A DNA stretch of 62,902 nucleotides, counting the filler, from Octopus bimaculoides (lineage: Eukaryota), in NCBI RefSeq assembly GCF_001194135.2. It is 4 parts of 4 records of this genome, joined end to end, with 100 filler letters (N's around TTAATTAATTAA, not from the genome) between each part and the next. Parts side by side here need not be neighbours in the genome. Positions count along the whole stretch, not along the records: positions 50,881 to 57,553 come from NC_068982.1; positions 57,654 to 62,902 come from NC_068987.1; 2 more parts are not named here. The stretch is one strand, 5' to 3'. The position numbers and the translations under genes were made by a program. Position 1 is the first letter of the stretch. Each line of letters begins with the position of its first letter. Of this stretch, positions 52,270-62,902 are shown one piece after another. The notes below the pieces were generated by a model. The model was not told where the DNA came from. It made no database searches and saw only the letters and a list, made by a program, of their open reading frames with translations.

Positions 52270-52545
52270 GAATGTTACCCTCCGAGGAAAAGGTTGTTTA
52301 TGGAAGATCAGTAGTCGTCCATGCATACCAGCCTTGTCTCTCTGTGGCACCGATGTTACCCAAGAGAAAGGCAAAGGTTCATACAGCTTGGTACCAGTGA
52401 CGTCGCAACTCATTTCTACAGCTTTGTGATCAAGAGCAACGTAAAATAAAGTGCTCAAAAACACAATACACAGTCCGGTCCGGGAATCGAACTCACTACC
52501 TCATGATTGTGAGCCCGACGCTCTAACCACTCAGCCATGTGCCTT
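52270..52545 (-). mobile_element. SINE family C (tRNA head plus V/Meta-like core)
   Basis: GGCACATGGCTGAGTGGTTAGAG A-box and GAGTTCGATTCC B-box. Confidence 0.8.
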
Positions 52546-52560
52546 TACCGCATATATATA

Positions 52561-52615
<55 letters not shown>

Positions 52616-53161
52616 NNNNNNNNNNNNNNNNNNNNNNNNNNNNNNNNNNNNNNNNNNNNNNNNNNNNNNNNNNNNNNNNNNNNNNNNNNNNNNNNNNNNN
52701 NNNNNNNNNNNNNNNNNNNNNNNNNNNNNNNNNNNNNNNNNNNNNNNNNNNNNNNNNNNNNNNNNNNNNNNNNNNNNNNNNNNNNNNNNNNNNNNNNNNN
52801 NNNNNNNNNNNNNNNNNNNNNNNNNNNNNNNNNNNNNNNNNNNNNNNNNNNNNNNNNNNNNNNNNNNNNNNNNNNNNNNNNNNNNNNNNNNNNNNNNNNN
52901 NNNNNNNNNNNNNNNNNNNNNNNNNNNNNNNNNNNNNNNNNNNNNNNNNNNNNNNNNNNNNNNNNNNNNNNNNNNNNNNNNNNNNNNNNNNNNNNNNNNN
53001 NNNNNNNNNNNNNNNNNNNNNNNNNNNNNNNNNNNNNNNNNNNNNNNNNNNNNNNNNNNNNNNNNNNNNNNNNNNNNNNNNNNNNNNNNNNNNNNNNNNN
53101 NNNNNNNNNNNNNNNNNNNNNNNNNNNNNNNNNNNNNNNNNNNNNNNNNNNNNNNNNNNNN

Positions 53162-53221
<60 letters not shown>

Positions 53222-53544
53222 AACAAAACAAAATATGCGAGAAAATTGGATTGTGATCGTCAGTGAAGAAATACACAAATACACATAACACACAGAACAA
53301 ACAAGCAAAAAAACAAAAATTAAGCCTTCATCAGCTGCATTACTAAGGTCTCAAGCAGTTTCGTTCTCTTCAAAGAAAATTGCATAACTTAAGGTGGTTG
53401 TTAGACCACTCTGCCTGTGTGAAGTGTCGAAACTAATAGAATAATTCGTGAGAAATTTTAATGAATGGTTGATTTTCGTTTATTTTTGTTTTCGTTTTCT
53501 TTAAGTCAACTTATTCATCGTTTATGCTCATTCCTCTTGTATAT

Positions 53545-53612
53545 ATATTTTTTCTCTCTATTTTTCTTTTAATCATTTCAGCCTTGCGGCTGCGGTCATG
53601 CTGGAGCACCAC
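53545..53612 (-). mobile_element. SINE family A tail end
   Basis: GCGGTCATGCTGGAGCACC motif. Confidence 0.6.
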
Positions 53613-53623
53613 CGTGATATATG

Positions 53624-53667
<44 letters not shown>

Positions 53668-54336
53668 CACACAGACACATATACATACATATTTGTGCAC
53701 ACGAACGCGCATGCACATCTGCATATATGTTATATTTATTTATATGCGTATGTATATGTGTGAATACATCTCGAGACATCTCGAGCTTGTCCTTTTCCTT
53801 AATGGTATGTCAACGTTGGAGGATACTTGAATCTTGAGAATATCTCCCTTTCTCAAGTGGAGCTGGTCTTAATTGCCGTTTGGTAATTATGATTCAGAAA
53901 CGAAGATATTATTAATAAATCAAGAATTTATGTTTTATGTTATTTGTCTACGTATGAGCTACCATGTTCCTATTACCAATTTTGTGATAGAGTCTCACAA
54001 TAAACAATGAGTTAGAAAACATGAGACCAGCGGATATCCACAAAGACATACCAACTTACATGAAATTTGTGGGAAGTAAGAATGGCTAACTGTTATGCGC
54101 CGTGATTCTGGAGTGTCACAAAAGACACAGTTCTGTTAAACTTTCTTGACTGAGCTGACTAGAATCTAGAGAATTCGATCAAAGTGAAAAGGATTCAGTA
54201 AAAACGTTTGGAAGGAGTTCAGAGAATTTTTTTTTTTATCATGTATGTTCCCCACAATAACCAAAATATTATTCTCCTAGTATCCAACAACATATTCTTA
54301 TTATCATCATTATTATCATCTTATGATTAATAAAAG

Positions 54337-54545
54337 AAGCGGAGAGAGGAAACAGAAACGTTAGCGCTTCGGACAAAATGCTTAGCGACATTTCTTTCGG
54401 GTCTTTATGTTCTGACCTAAAATCCCTCCGAGGTTGACTTTGGCATTCATCTTTTTCGGGGTCGATAAGATAAAAATATCAGTCAAATACTGTTGTCGAT
54501 GTAATCGATTTACCCCTCTCCTCAGAACTGCTAGCCTTGTGTTAA
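54337..54545 (+). mobile_element. SINE family B
   Basis: Similarity to 36497. Confidence 0.75.
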
Positions 54546-54682
54546 ATTATGGTTATTTGCAGCGGAGGATGATATCACTTTGTGTAATGAGTATAATATA
54601 CATCAGCTGCCACCTACAGCTGGACAGCGAGGTGAAATAAGACCATGTAGGATATAGTATATAGCCTCTATATGACATAGTT

Positions 54683-55110
54683 AGTGCATTCCAGAAGTTT
54701 TGAGATTTTTTCAGGAGAGACATTTATTAATTTCAAAGTAGTACAAAACTCTAATCTTCAAGTAGGATCCTCTGACTTCAAATGCACTTGTTGTAGCGCT
54801 CCAGTCACTTCAAGAAGGGTCCGTGGAAGGTCCTCCAAAGCGAAGGTGTCAGGACCCTTGTTACAGCCTCCTTCATCTTCTCTTTTAGCTTGGAGAACAA
54901 CCAAATGTCACAGGGAGCAAGCTCTGGACTGTAGGAAAGGTGAGGGACAGTTTTCATGCTCATCTCTGTCAAGTAGTCAGTTACCAGGATGGAATTATGA
55001 CATGCAGTCTTCAGTAGGTTGTAGCAAGCTGTGTTTTTAGCAGAGAGAGTTCAAAGTGCAGTTGCAGCCGACTCCTTCCATCTGGAATTTTAAAACGTTG
55101 GCAGGTAAGC
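54683..55110 (-). mobile_element. mariner (DD34D-type) 3' fragment
   Basis: NSILVTDYLTEMSMKTVPHLSYSPELAPCDIWLFSKL...MKEAVTRV...ERYNKCI; the TIR-like end is also seen at about 50305-50332. Confidence 0.85.
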
Positions 55111-55124
55111 TTATTAGATGTATG

Positions 55125-55585
55125 CAAGGGTTGGACAAAATAATGGAAACATCTTAACATTTCAAACAAATTTATTTCAATATGGGGGTAGGACTGCCTT
55201 TGGCAGTAATTACAGCTTGAATTCTACGAGGTATGGACTCGTGCAAAATTCCAATTGTTTCCAAAGGAATTTTTGTCCATGCTTCAGATAAAACAGTCTC
55301 CAGTTCTTGTTTTGTCTAAAGTGCACCATAAATGTTCACTAATATTGAGATCTGTGGACTGTGGTGGCCAGATAAGATGTTCAACTTCACTAGAATATTC
55401 CTCGTGCCATTCAGCAACAACTTTAGCTGTGTGAATTGGTGCATTATCATCCTGAAAGACTGCGTTTCCCTCCGGAAACAGTTCCGCAAACAGGATGATA
55501 TTGATCAGATAAAATGCATAAATAGTTTTGACTATTAATTCTGCCATTAAGGGAAACCATTGGGCTGGCGGATTTCCAAGACATA
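55125..55585 (-). mobile_element. Tc1-like transposon 3' part, DD36E spacing
   Basis: FQDDNAPIHTAKVV...WPPQSTDLNISEHLW; terminus AGGGTTGGACAAAATAATGGAAACA; cut by a gap. Confidence 0.85.
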
Positions 55586-56494
55586 NNNNNNNNNNNNNNN
55601 NNNNNNNNNNNNNNNNNNNNNNNNNNNNNNNNNNNNNNNNNNNNNNNNNNNNNNNNNNNNNNNNNNNNNNNNNNNNNNNNNNNNNNNNNNNNNNNNNNNN
55701 NNNNNNNNNNNNNNNNNNNNNNNNNNNNNNNNNNNNNNNNNNNNNNNNNNNNNNNNNNNNNNNNNNNNNNNNNNNNNNNNNNNNNNNNNNNNNNNNNNNN
55801 NNNNNNNNNNNNNNNNNNNNNNNNNNNNNNNNNNNNNNNNNNNNNNNNNNNNNNNNNNNNNNNNNNNNNNNNNNNNNNNNNNNNNNNNNNNNNNNNNNNN
55901 NNNNNNNNNNNNNNNNNNNNNNNNNNNNNNNNNNNNNNNNNNNNNNNNNNNNNNNNNNNNNNNNNNNNNNNNNNNNNNNNNNNNNNNNNNNNNNNNNNNN
56001 NNNNNNNNNNNNNNNNNNNNNNNNNNNNNNNNNNNNNNNNNNNNNNNNNNNNNNNNNNNNNNNNNNNNNNNNNNNNNNNNNNNNNNNNNNNNNNNNNNNN
56101 NNNNNNNNNNNNNNNNNNNNNNNNNNNNNNNNNNNNNNNNNNNNNNNNNNNNNNNNNNNNNNNNNNNNNNNNNNNNNNNNNNNNNNNNNNNNNNNNNNNN
56201 NNNNNNNNNNNNNNNNNNNNNNNNNNNNNNNNNNNNNNNNNNNNNNNNNNNNNNNNNNNNNNNNNNNNNNNNNNNNNNNNNNNNNNNNNNNNNNNNNNNN
56301 NNNNNNNNNNNNNNNNNNNNNNNNNNNNNNNNNNNNNNNNNNNNNNNNNNNNNNNNNNNNNNNNNNNNNNNNNNNNNNNNNNNNNNNNNNNNNNNNNNNN
56401 NNNNNNNNNNNNNNNNNNNNNNNNNNNNNNNNNNNNNNNNNNNNNNNNNNNNNNNNNNNNNNNNNNNNNNNNNNNNNNNNNNNNNNNNNNNNNN

Positions 56495-56556
<62 letters not shown>

Positions 56557-57427
56557 GTAGTAGATTTACCATACAGGTGAATGAGGCTGAGTTGAAATCA
56601 AAAACACCTGATACATGTTTTATGTTCGTCGAGTCACTTGATCCGTTTAAAAACACTAACTGTTATACGATACACTGCTTCTCTAATTCCTCATTAATAT
56701 TAAGCATATCAAACCATCTGTCGTATCCTGGTTGTTTCTCTTTCTGAAAACATATAAAGAAGTAAAGTATCAATGATCGCTTTGATATTATTAACTATTC
56801 AACACCGGGCCATAAACGGTTGAGTGATTTCGGCACGGGACAGGAGGTTGATTATTCGTATCAGATTACCGTTGAAACTGCGGTGAAGGGACTTTACTGT
56901 CACAAGTGGAGTATCTAATTGTAACATAAAGCACTCCTATGGGCCGAGCCACGGAAGGGACATCTCTGAGGTTGTTTGATCTGCCAGAAATAGCAGCCAC
57001 ATCTCCCTTATCTTACACCCTACCGAAGGGTGTATTGAATCATGTAGTGTTAGAAACGTCTAAACAGACTTGATAGTCTCGGTTGGAAATCCTTTGAACA
57101 TAGGCTTCCTCAGTCAGGTTGACTCGGAGATCATGTAACAAACAAACAAACAGCAAGAACAACAACCACTGAAGGAAGTCGGTGTTTATTTGGGTGTTGT
57201 TCGGTGTTGGAATTCTCACGTTGGAGAATTCTTCTCATGCATTCTGCGATACAGAACCTGGTAATAATGAACGTTAACTTAATGGATCGATCCAAGAAGT
57301 TTGAGACTTGATTCGTTTATACATTACTGAATAATATACAAAGTGCTTGTGTTTACGTGGAACCATAAGACTCAACCACAATGCATTAACAAAGACAGAC
57401 AGAGACAAATAGACAGACAGCCCAACC

Positions 57428-57480
<53 letters not shown>

Positions 57481-57553
57481 CTTTCTTTTATTAGCCACAC
57501 AGGGCTGCACACAGAGGGGACAAATACAACTGTAGAGCTTTTCTTTAAAAAAA
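57481..57553 (-). mobile_element. Tx1-like 3' terminus
   Basis: Near-identical to 51880-51945; abuts (GATA)n. Confidence 0.7.
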
Positions 57554-57653
57554 NNNNNNNNNNNNNNNNNNNNNNNNNNNNNNNNNNNNNNNNNNNNTTA
57601 ATTAATTAANNNNNNNNNNNNNNNNNNNNNNNNNNNNNNNNNNNNNNNNNNNN

Positions 57654-57750
<97 letters not shown>

Positions 57751-58114
57751 GAAAATGAGATGATAAAGGAATAAATCTTATGAACTTCATTTGCTTACAG
57801 CTGTTACTGCTATGAAATGCAGTGAACTCATAGCTGAGTGCCTGAATAACATCTTATAGCTACACTGGAGATTCGAATGCGAAGTGCAATTTATTTGGGA
57901 AAAGAATTACATTTATCCATATATATATATGGGGAAAAGCATAAACCAATGAGAAAGCCTATGCAGTTGTGTATAAAAATGGTCATATCCGAACGGCAAT
58001 TAAATCAAATAGTTGAAATTATGTATATATACATGTGGTCACGCACTCAAATATATGCGCGCACGCGCGTGTGAATATATAAATATATATGTATATATAT
58101 ATATATAAATATTG

Positions 58115-58226
58115 ATATTTAGCAGATGTAGCAAAATGACTCAAGGTCAGAAAGTTTCGTGCGTTGGCACTTATCAACACATGAAACTCTCGAACCTTGA
58201 ATTACTCTGTTGCTTCTGCTAAATAT
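58115..58226. other. Imperfect 112-bp hairpin
   Basis: Nested pairings ATATTTAGCAGA/TCTGCTAAATAT, TCAAGGT/ACCTTGA, AGTTTCGTG/CATGAAACT. Confidence 0.7.
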
Positions 58227-58724
58227 AAATAAAAATATACATATACTCATATTTTGAGTTCTATTTTTCTTCTTTGCATCACCATTGAATAAACTGGACT
58301 CCTTTACTACAAGCTGTGACCTTGTATTAATATGTTATTAATTGGGCACATCTTGTTTGCGTGAGTGCGCTATTGGTAATGTATAGTCATAGTTAGAGCA
58401 GCGGTAGGTGTCGATGTAATTTACTGCTTTAACGCTTATATTTTCAAAATAATGACTAATTTCGTAAAATGACTTGTTATTAGTATTAAGCTGGCGTCAT
58501 GAACATAAATTAGCATGAAAGTTTGATGGAAAATTTAAAAACAAAATAAAGTTTACATCATAGAATCACAGGCGGTCTCGGACAGCTTGATATCAGAATG
58601 GTTAAGAAGCAGCAACGCTATGGAATCGACAACTATCAGCAAATATGGTATACATACAATAATTATAGTTTAATTGGGATTATAATTCAACAATAGTTAT
58701 AATCTAGCAATAATTATAATATCT

Positions 58725-58932
58725 AGGGTGGTGTGTTGGTAGAATCGTTACTGCGTCGGGAAAAATGATTAGTGGCATTTCTTCCGACTTTAAGTTCCGG
58801 GTTCAAATGCCGCCGGGGTGGACTTTGCCTTTCATCCTTTCGAGGATCGAAAAAAATAAGTACCAGCTGAGCACTGGGGTCAATATAATCGATTTGCTCC
58901 CTCCTCTGAAATTGTTGGCCTTGTGTTGAAAT
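58725..58932 (+). mobile_element. SINE family B
   Basis: Similarity to 36497. Confidence 0.8.
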
Positions 58933-59869
58933 TGCTATTTATAATTTCTTAGTGCTTTTACGAAATGATGAAATGAATACTAATTTTCAAAAGAAAAATA
59001 TTTATTACCTTTAAATAAAATTAAATAAACGAATTTCTTACTTGTATAACTCCTCACATAATTACTGTCATTTATTTCCTCGTCGTCGTCGTCGTCCTCC
59101 ACCACCACCACCGCCACCACCACCACCACCACTCTTCCCTCCCATCCCCCCTTTACCTCAATGATTCATTCTTTTTTGTGTGCGTGCGTAGCGGTCTTTT
59201 ACTCATTGCCTGTCACCAAACCCAGTGTGTGCTCTCATTTTGCACCTCTTATGCTAACTCACTGTATCTCTCTTTTATTCTTCCCCTTCTGTCTGTTTGA
59301 TGTAAAGCACAACTGGAGTAATCAATCAACCAACCAAACCATCCGAACCCAACCAACCAACTAATCAAACCATACACCCACCCAGCCAAACACCCGCTCA
59401 CTCAACCAGCCATGTATGTATGTATGTATGTATGTATGCATGTATACACACAGATAGTTATACACACGCATATCTTAAACAGTGAATGAGTTAAAATATA
59501 AACCAGTTTTAAAGTGCATTGAAATAGCCGTCTCTGTACTTTCAAAACATTTGTTTACAATAGCTACATTGAACAGACAAGTACTTCAACTTCAGATCGT
59601 CTAATTATGCATCTACAAGTAGAAGTCCTTGGCGTATATTCTAGAGTACAACAGAAAAATAAAAAAAACTAGTTAGAAAAGCACTCGAAAAATAATTTGT
59701 ATAGGATTCACCAAATACTAGATGATTTTAACATGGACGATATATGTGAATAGTAAAATATAGCGCGCGCGCACACATACACACATACACACACACACAC
59801 ACAGAGTTTCACTTTATTCTTGAGCTCTCTCATATGGCGAGTAGCAATGACCACCTCATCGAAATCTGT

Positions 59870-59887
59870 CTGTCTGTCAATCAATCA

Positions 59888-59957
<70 letters not shown>

Positions 59958-59992
59958 TTATCTATTTGTCTATCTGTCTATTTGTCTATCTG

Positions 59993-60030
<38 letters not shown>

Positions 60031-60345
60031 CATGAAAGCATATAAGTATATAAAAAACGGAAGAAAACAGGAAAAAACATTTAAGAGATTGTAGAACTCG
60101 CTTCCTCGGGCACGAGAGACTATAATTATGTATGTATGTATGTATGTATGTATGTTTGTATGTATGTATGTATGTATGTAAGTATTGTATGTATATGTGT
60201 ATGTGTGTATGTACGTATGTACGTGTGTATTTGTATGTATGAGTATGTGTATGTATGTATGTGTGGGTGTGTCTGTATGTATGTACGTATATATGTGTGT
60301 GTATGTATGTGTATATGTGTGTGTGTATGTGTGTGTATGTATGTA
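59870..60345. repeat. (TCTA)n and (ATGT)n compound microsatellites
   Basis: Visible. Confidence 0.95.
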
Positions 60346-60351
60346 TTAAGC

Positions 60352-60590
60352 ACGTTCTTTTATTCTTTTAGTTGTTTCAGCCATTTGACTGCGGTCATAC
60401 TGGAGCACCGCTTTGAGGGGTTTTTAGTCGAACAAATCGATCACAGGACTTATTTTTTTAAGCTTAACACTCACTCTATCAGTCTCTTTTGCAGAACCGC
60501 TAAGTTATGGGTATGTAAACACACCAACAACAATTGTCAAGCAGTGACGGAGGGGTGGGGTCAAACAGACACAAAGACACACACACACAT
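60352..60590 (-). mobile_element. SINE family A tail
   Basis: Similarity to the family A tail. Confidence 0.8.
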
Positions 60591-61308
60591 AGATATATCA
60601 TTCAACTCCGGTAGTAGTTAAATAATATTCTTAAGTCCACAATTTACTTACACGCAGCATCTTTCATAGCTTGTGCTAATTCAGTTCTTAACCAAATGGA
60701 AAACCATTAACATTTTTGAAGACACTGGTCCCTAGCTACATTTTGGTTTTAGTCCAGTAGAGAAAAGTTTAATTTGTAGCGACGTTATAGGAGAGTAAGT
60801 AACGCCACCAATCAAGTTTAGATCTAAACAACTTTTTTTTAATTTTAAGAGCAAAATATATTTATCTTAGCGTCAATGATAGCAGAAAGCATGAAGAATT
60901 TCATAGTTTTCTTTCCAAGAAACAAAAAATTTGTATCCAAAAAGTTTTGAGGTAAGATATCATGAAAAATTATAAGGCAAAAATTTGGATTTAAGTAAAA
61001 TTAACTTTTCTATTCTCAAAAGCAAACTATATTTTAATTAAACTCAAATGATAGAGCCCAAGTCGAGGAATTTCATGGTATCAATCTCATGCAATGAAGT
61101 TTTAAAAGAAAAAAGTTATGAGTGTTTGTTTTTCAAATTTGAGGGTGATAACATAGTTCTATACTTTTTTATGAATATAGTTCTAGGGGACTTTTGATAT
61201 ATGTCACCGGTATCATAAAGGTAAAGAAAAAATTCTCAACGACACCGCTGATTGACACATTTGACACATTAGTAATTAGCACAATAGCATAGCCTGGAAA
61301 AAAACATG

Positions 61309-61727
61309 ATTACGTGGAAAAATGCGAGCAAGAGAAATAATATTCTTTGGATTATAAATCTGGAAACGTACAGGACAAGTTATTACACTTGGAAAATTTC
61401 AGGTCAAGCTATTACATCTGTTAAAGTACAGAACAAGAAAATTTTTACTTAAAATATTGCAGCTAAGGATAAAATATTTCAATTGAGTTATCTTTTATTT
61501 TTAATAGAAATAAGTAATAACAAATAGAAGTAATAACTTGTAATAGAATTTTTAGTTTTAATAAAAGCTAATATTTTCTAAATCTAAATATTCTATAGGA
61601 AATTTTCTCCTTAGCTGCAATATTTTAAGTAAAAAATTTCTTATTCTGTACTTTACCGATGTAATAACTTGTCCTGATTTATAATCTTCAGAATATTATT
61701 TCTCTTGCTCGCATTTTTCCATGTAAT
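61309..61727. mobile_element. AT-rich fold-back element with arms of about 140-170 bp
   Basis: ATTACGTGGAAAAATGCGAGCAAGAGAAATAATATTCT pairs with 61690-61727, and pairing continues inward. Confidence 0.75.
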
Positions 61728-61737
61728 ACATATATAT

Positions 61738-61872
61738 ACGACGGGCCTCTTTCAATTTCCGTTTCACAAGACTTTGGTCAGCCCGAGGATACCACGATCT
61801 CATTACATGGGATTAAAACCGGAACCATGTGGTTAGGAAACAAGCTCATTACAACACAGCCACGCCTGCACC
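61738..61872 (-). mobile_element. SINE family A head
   Basis: Similarity to 23357. Confidence 0.75.
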
Positions 61873-62247
61873 TATATATATATTTATACACACGTGCGCG
61901 CCCCCCCCCACACACACACTCACACTTACGTATATTACATTATTAACTTTAGTTTTATCACAAGAAAAAAAAAATCATGACATTCCCTCTATCGCTTAAA
62001 ATAACATCACTACCACTACCACTACCACATTCATTGCACCAAAGTAGTTTGTTTTAGTATTCCTATATAAAGGAGGACAAATTTAGGATGTAAGCTCATT
62101 GCATTATGCCCTTGTTTCACTGACGCTTGGTAAGTATGATAAATTTTACTGTTTTGAAGGTTGTTATCAGTCCTTAAGCACAGCAACTCACTTTATCTCT
62201 TTCTTGATCTCTCTTCATGTATGTGTGTGTGTGTGTATATTCATATA

Positions 62248-62675
62248 CAGGGTGCGATGGGTAAATTATCACCATTTCATATTTTTAATTTCGCGCATGC
62301 GTATGGTTTGTTTTTGCTTTTGTCAGTATAGTAGGGTCAGTTGGGCATCGTCTGTGAGAAAAACAGCTCTATGATGCAATCTAACCTGCCAGAAATTTGG
62401 AAACGACATGCTCTACTGCTTGGCCTTTGCACCGGAAGCTCCAATACGAACATTTCAGAGTGTTTGGGCTTCAATCTGAGGACAGTGCAATCTGAGGACA
62501 TGTACCGAGAGTGATAAAAATCAAACATCCAGCCAACATAATTGTGTTGAATAAATTTACTCTTTAGTATTTCAAAATATTCTTATGTAATTTTGGTACG
62601 TATATCTGTTAAAATGAGATGTCACTGCTATTTTTATTTTTGCGTAATTTAGACGAGTTTATTCACCTCACCCTG
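62248..62675 (+). mobile_element. Shorter deletion derivative of the DD37D element at 37272
   Basis: TA-CAGGGTG...CACCCTG-TA; collinear with both ends of 37272-38160. Confidence 0.9.
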
Positions 62676-62840
62676 TATATATATGTATATGCATGTAATA
62701 TATAACATATATATATGTATTATGTATGTATGTTTGTATGTATGTACATTTGTCTATATCCGAATATAGATATATGTGTGCTTATATGTATGTTATATGT
62801 ATGTTTATATACATATATGCATTGAGTGAACTCTCTCTCT

Positions 62841-62902
<62 letters not shown>

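Noticed and set aside
56570-56743. 174-nt minus-strand segment with good acceptor and donor
   Set aside because: Stops in all three frames and no partner exons; could be non-coding but unsupported.
57790-57835. Further hammerhead-like fragments (also near 6530, 15385, 32245, 34910, 41915, 12058)
   Set aside because: Each lacks at least one core box or any stem I or II pairing.

Overview
Repeat-dense, largely non-coding animal genomic DNA, most likely octopus (inferred from the SINE families and extreme microsatellite load), from a gappy draft assembly with about 25 N-gaps. I could not support any intact host protein-coding gene; one weak start-exon candidate lies at 16220-16448 on the minus strand. 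Almost all ORFs in the supplied track come from microsatellites or run through Ns. The window is explained by several tRNA-derived SINE families, decayed L1/Tx1, RTE and CR1/L2-like LINE fragments, Tc1/mariner remnants (DD37D, DD34D, one with DD36E spacing), a piggyBac-like MITE and many fold-back elements. The most interesting observations are: (1) an ORF1-only Tx1 derivative sitting in a SINE tRNA head, flanked by a 15-bp direct repeat, with a second related element starting at the same site; (2) a 602-bp palindromic element with 37-bp perfect TIRs, an 8-bp TSD and a central (CCCTAA)n-(TTAGGG)n core; (3) several Penelope-type minimal hammerhead ribozyme motifs, three with intact core nucleotides; (4) a perfect 19-bp hairpin with a GAAA tetraloop. 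None of these has been checked against databases, so novelty is unverified.
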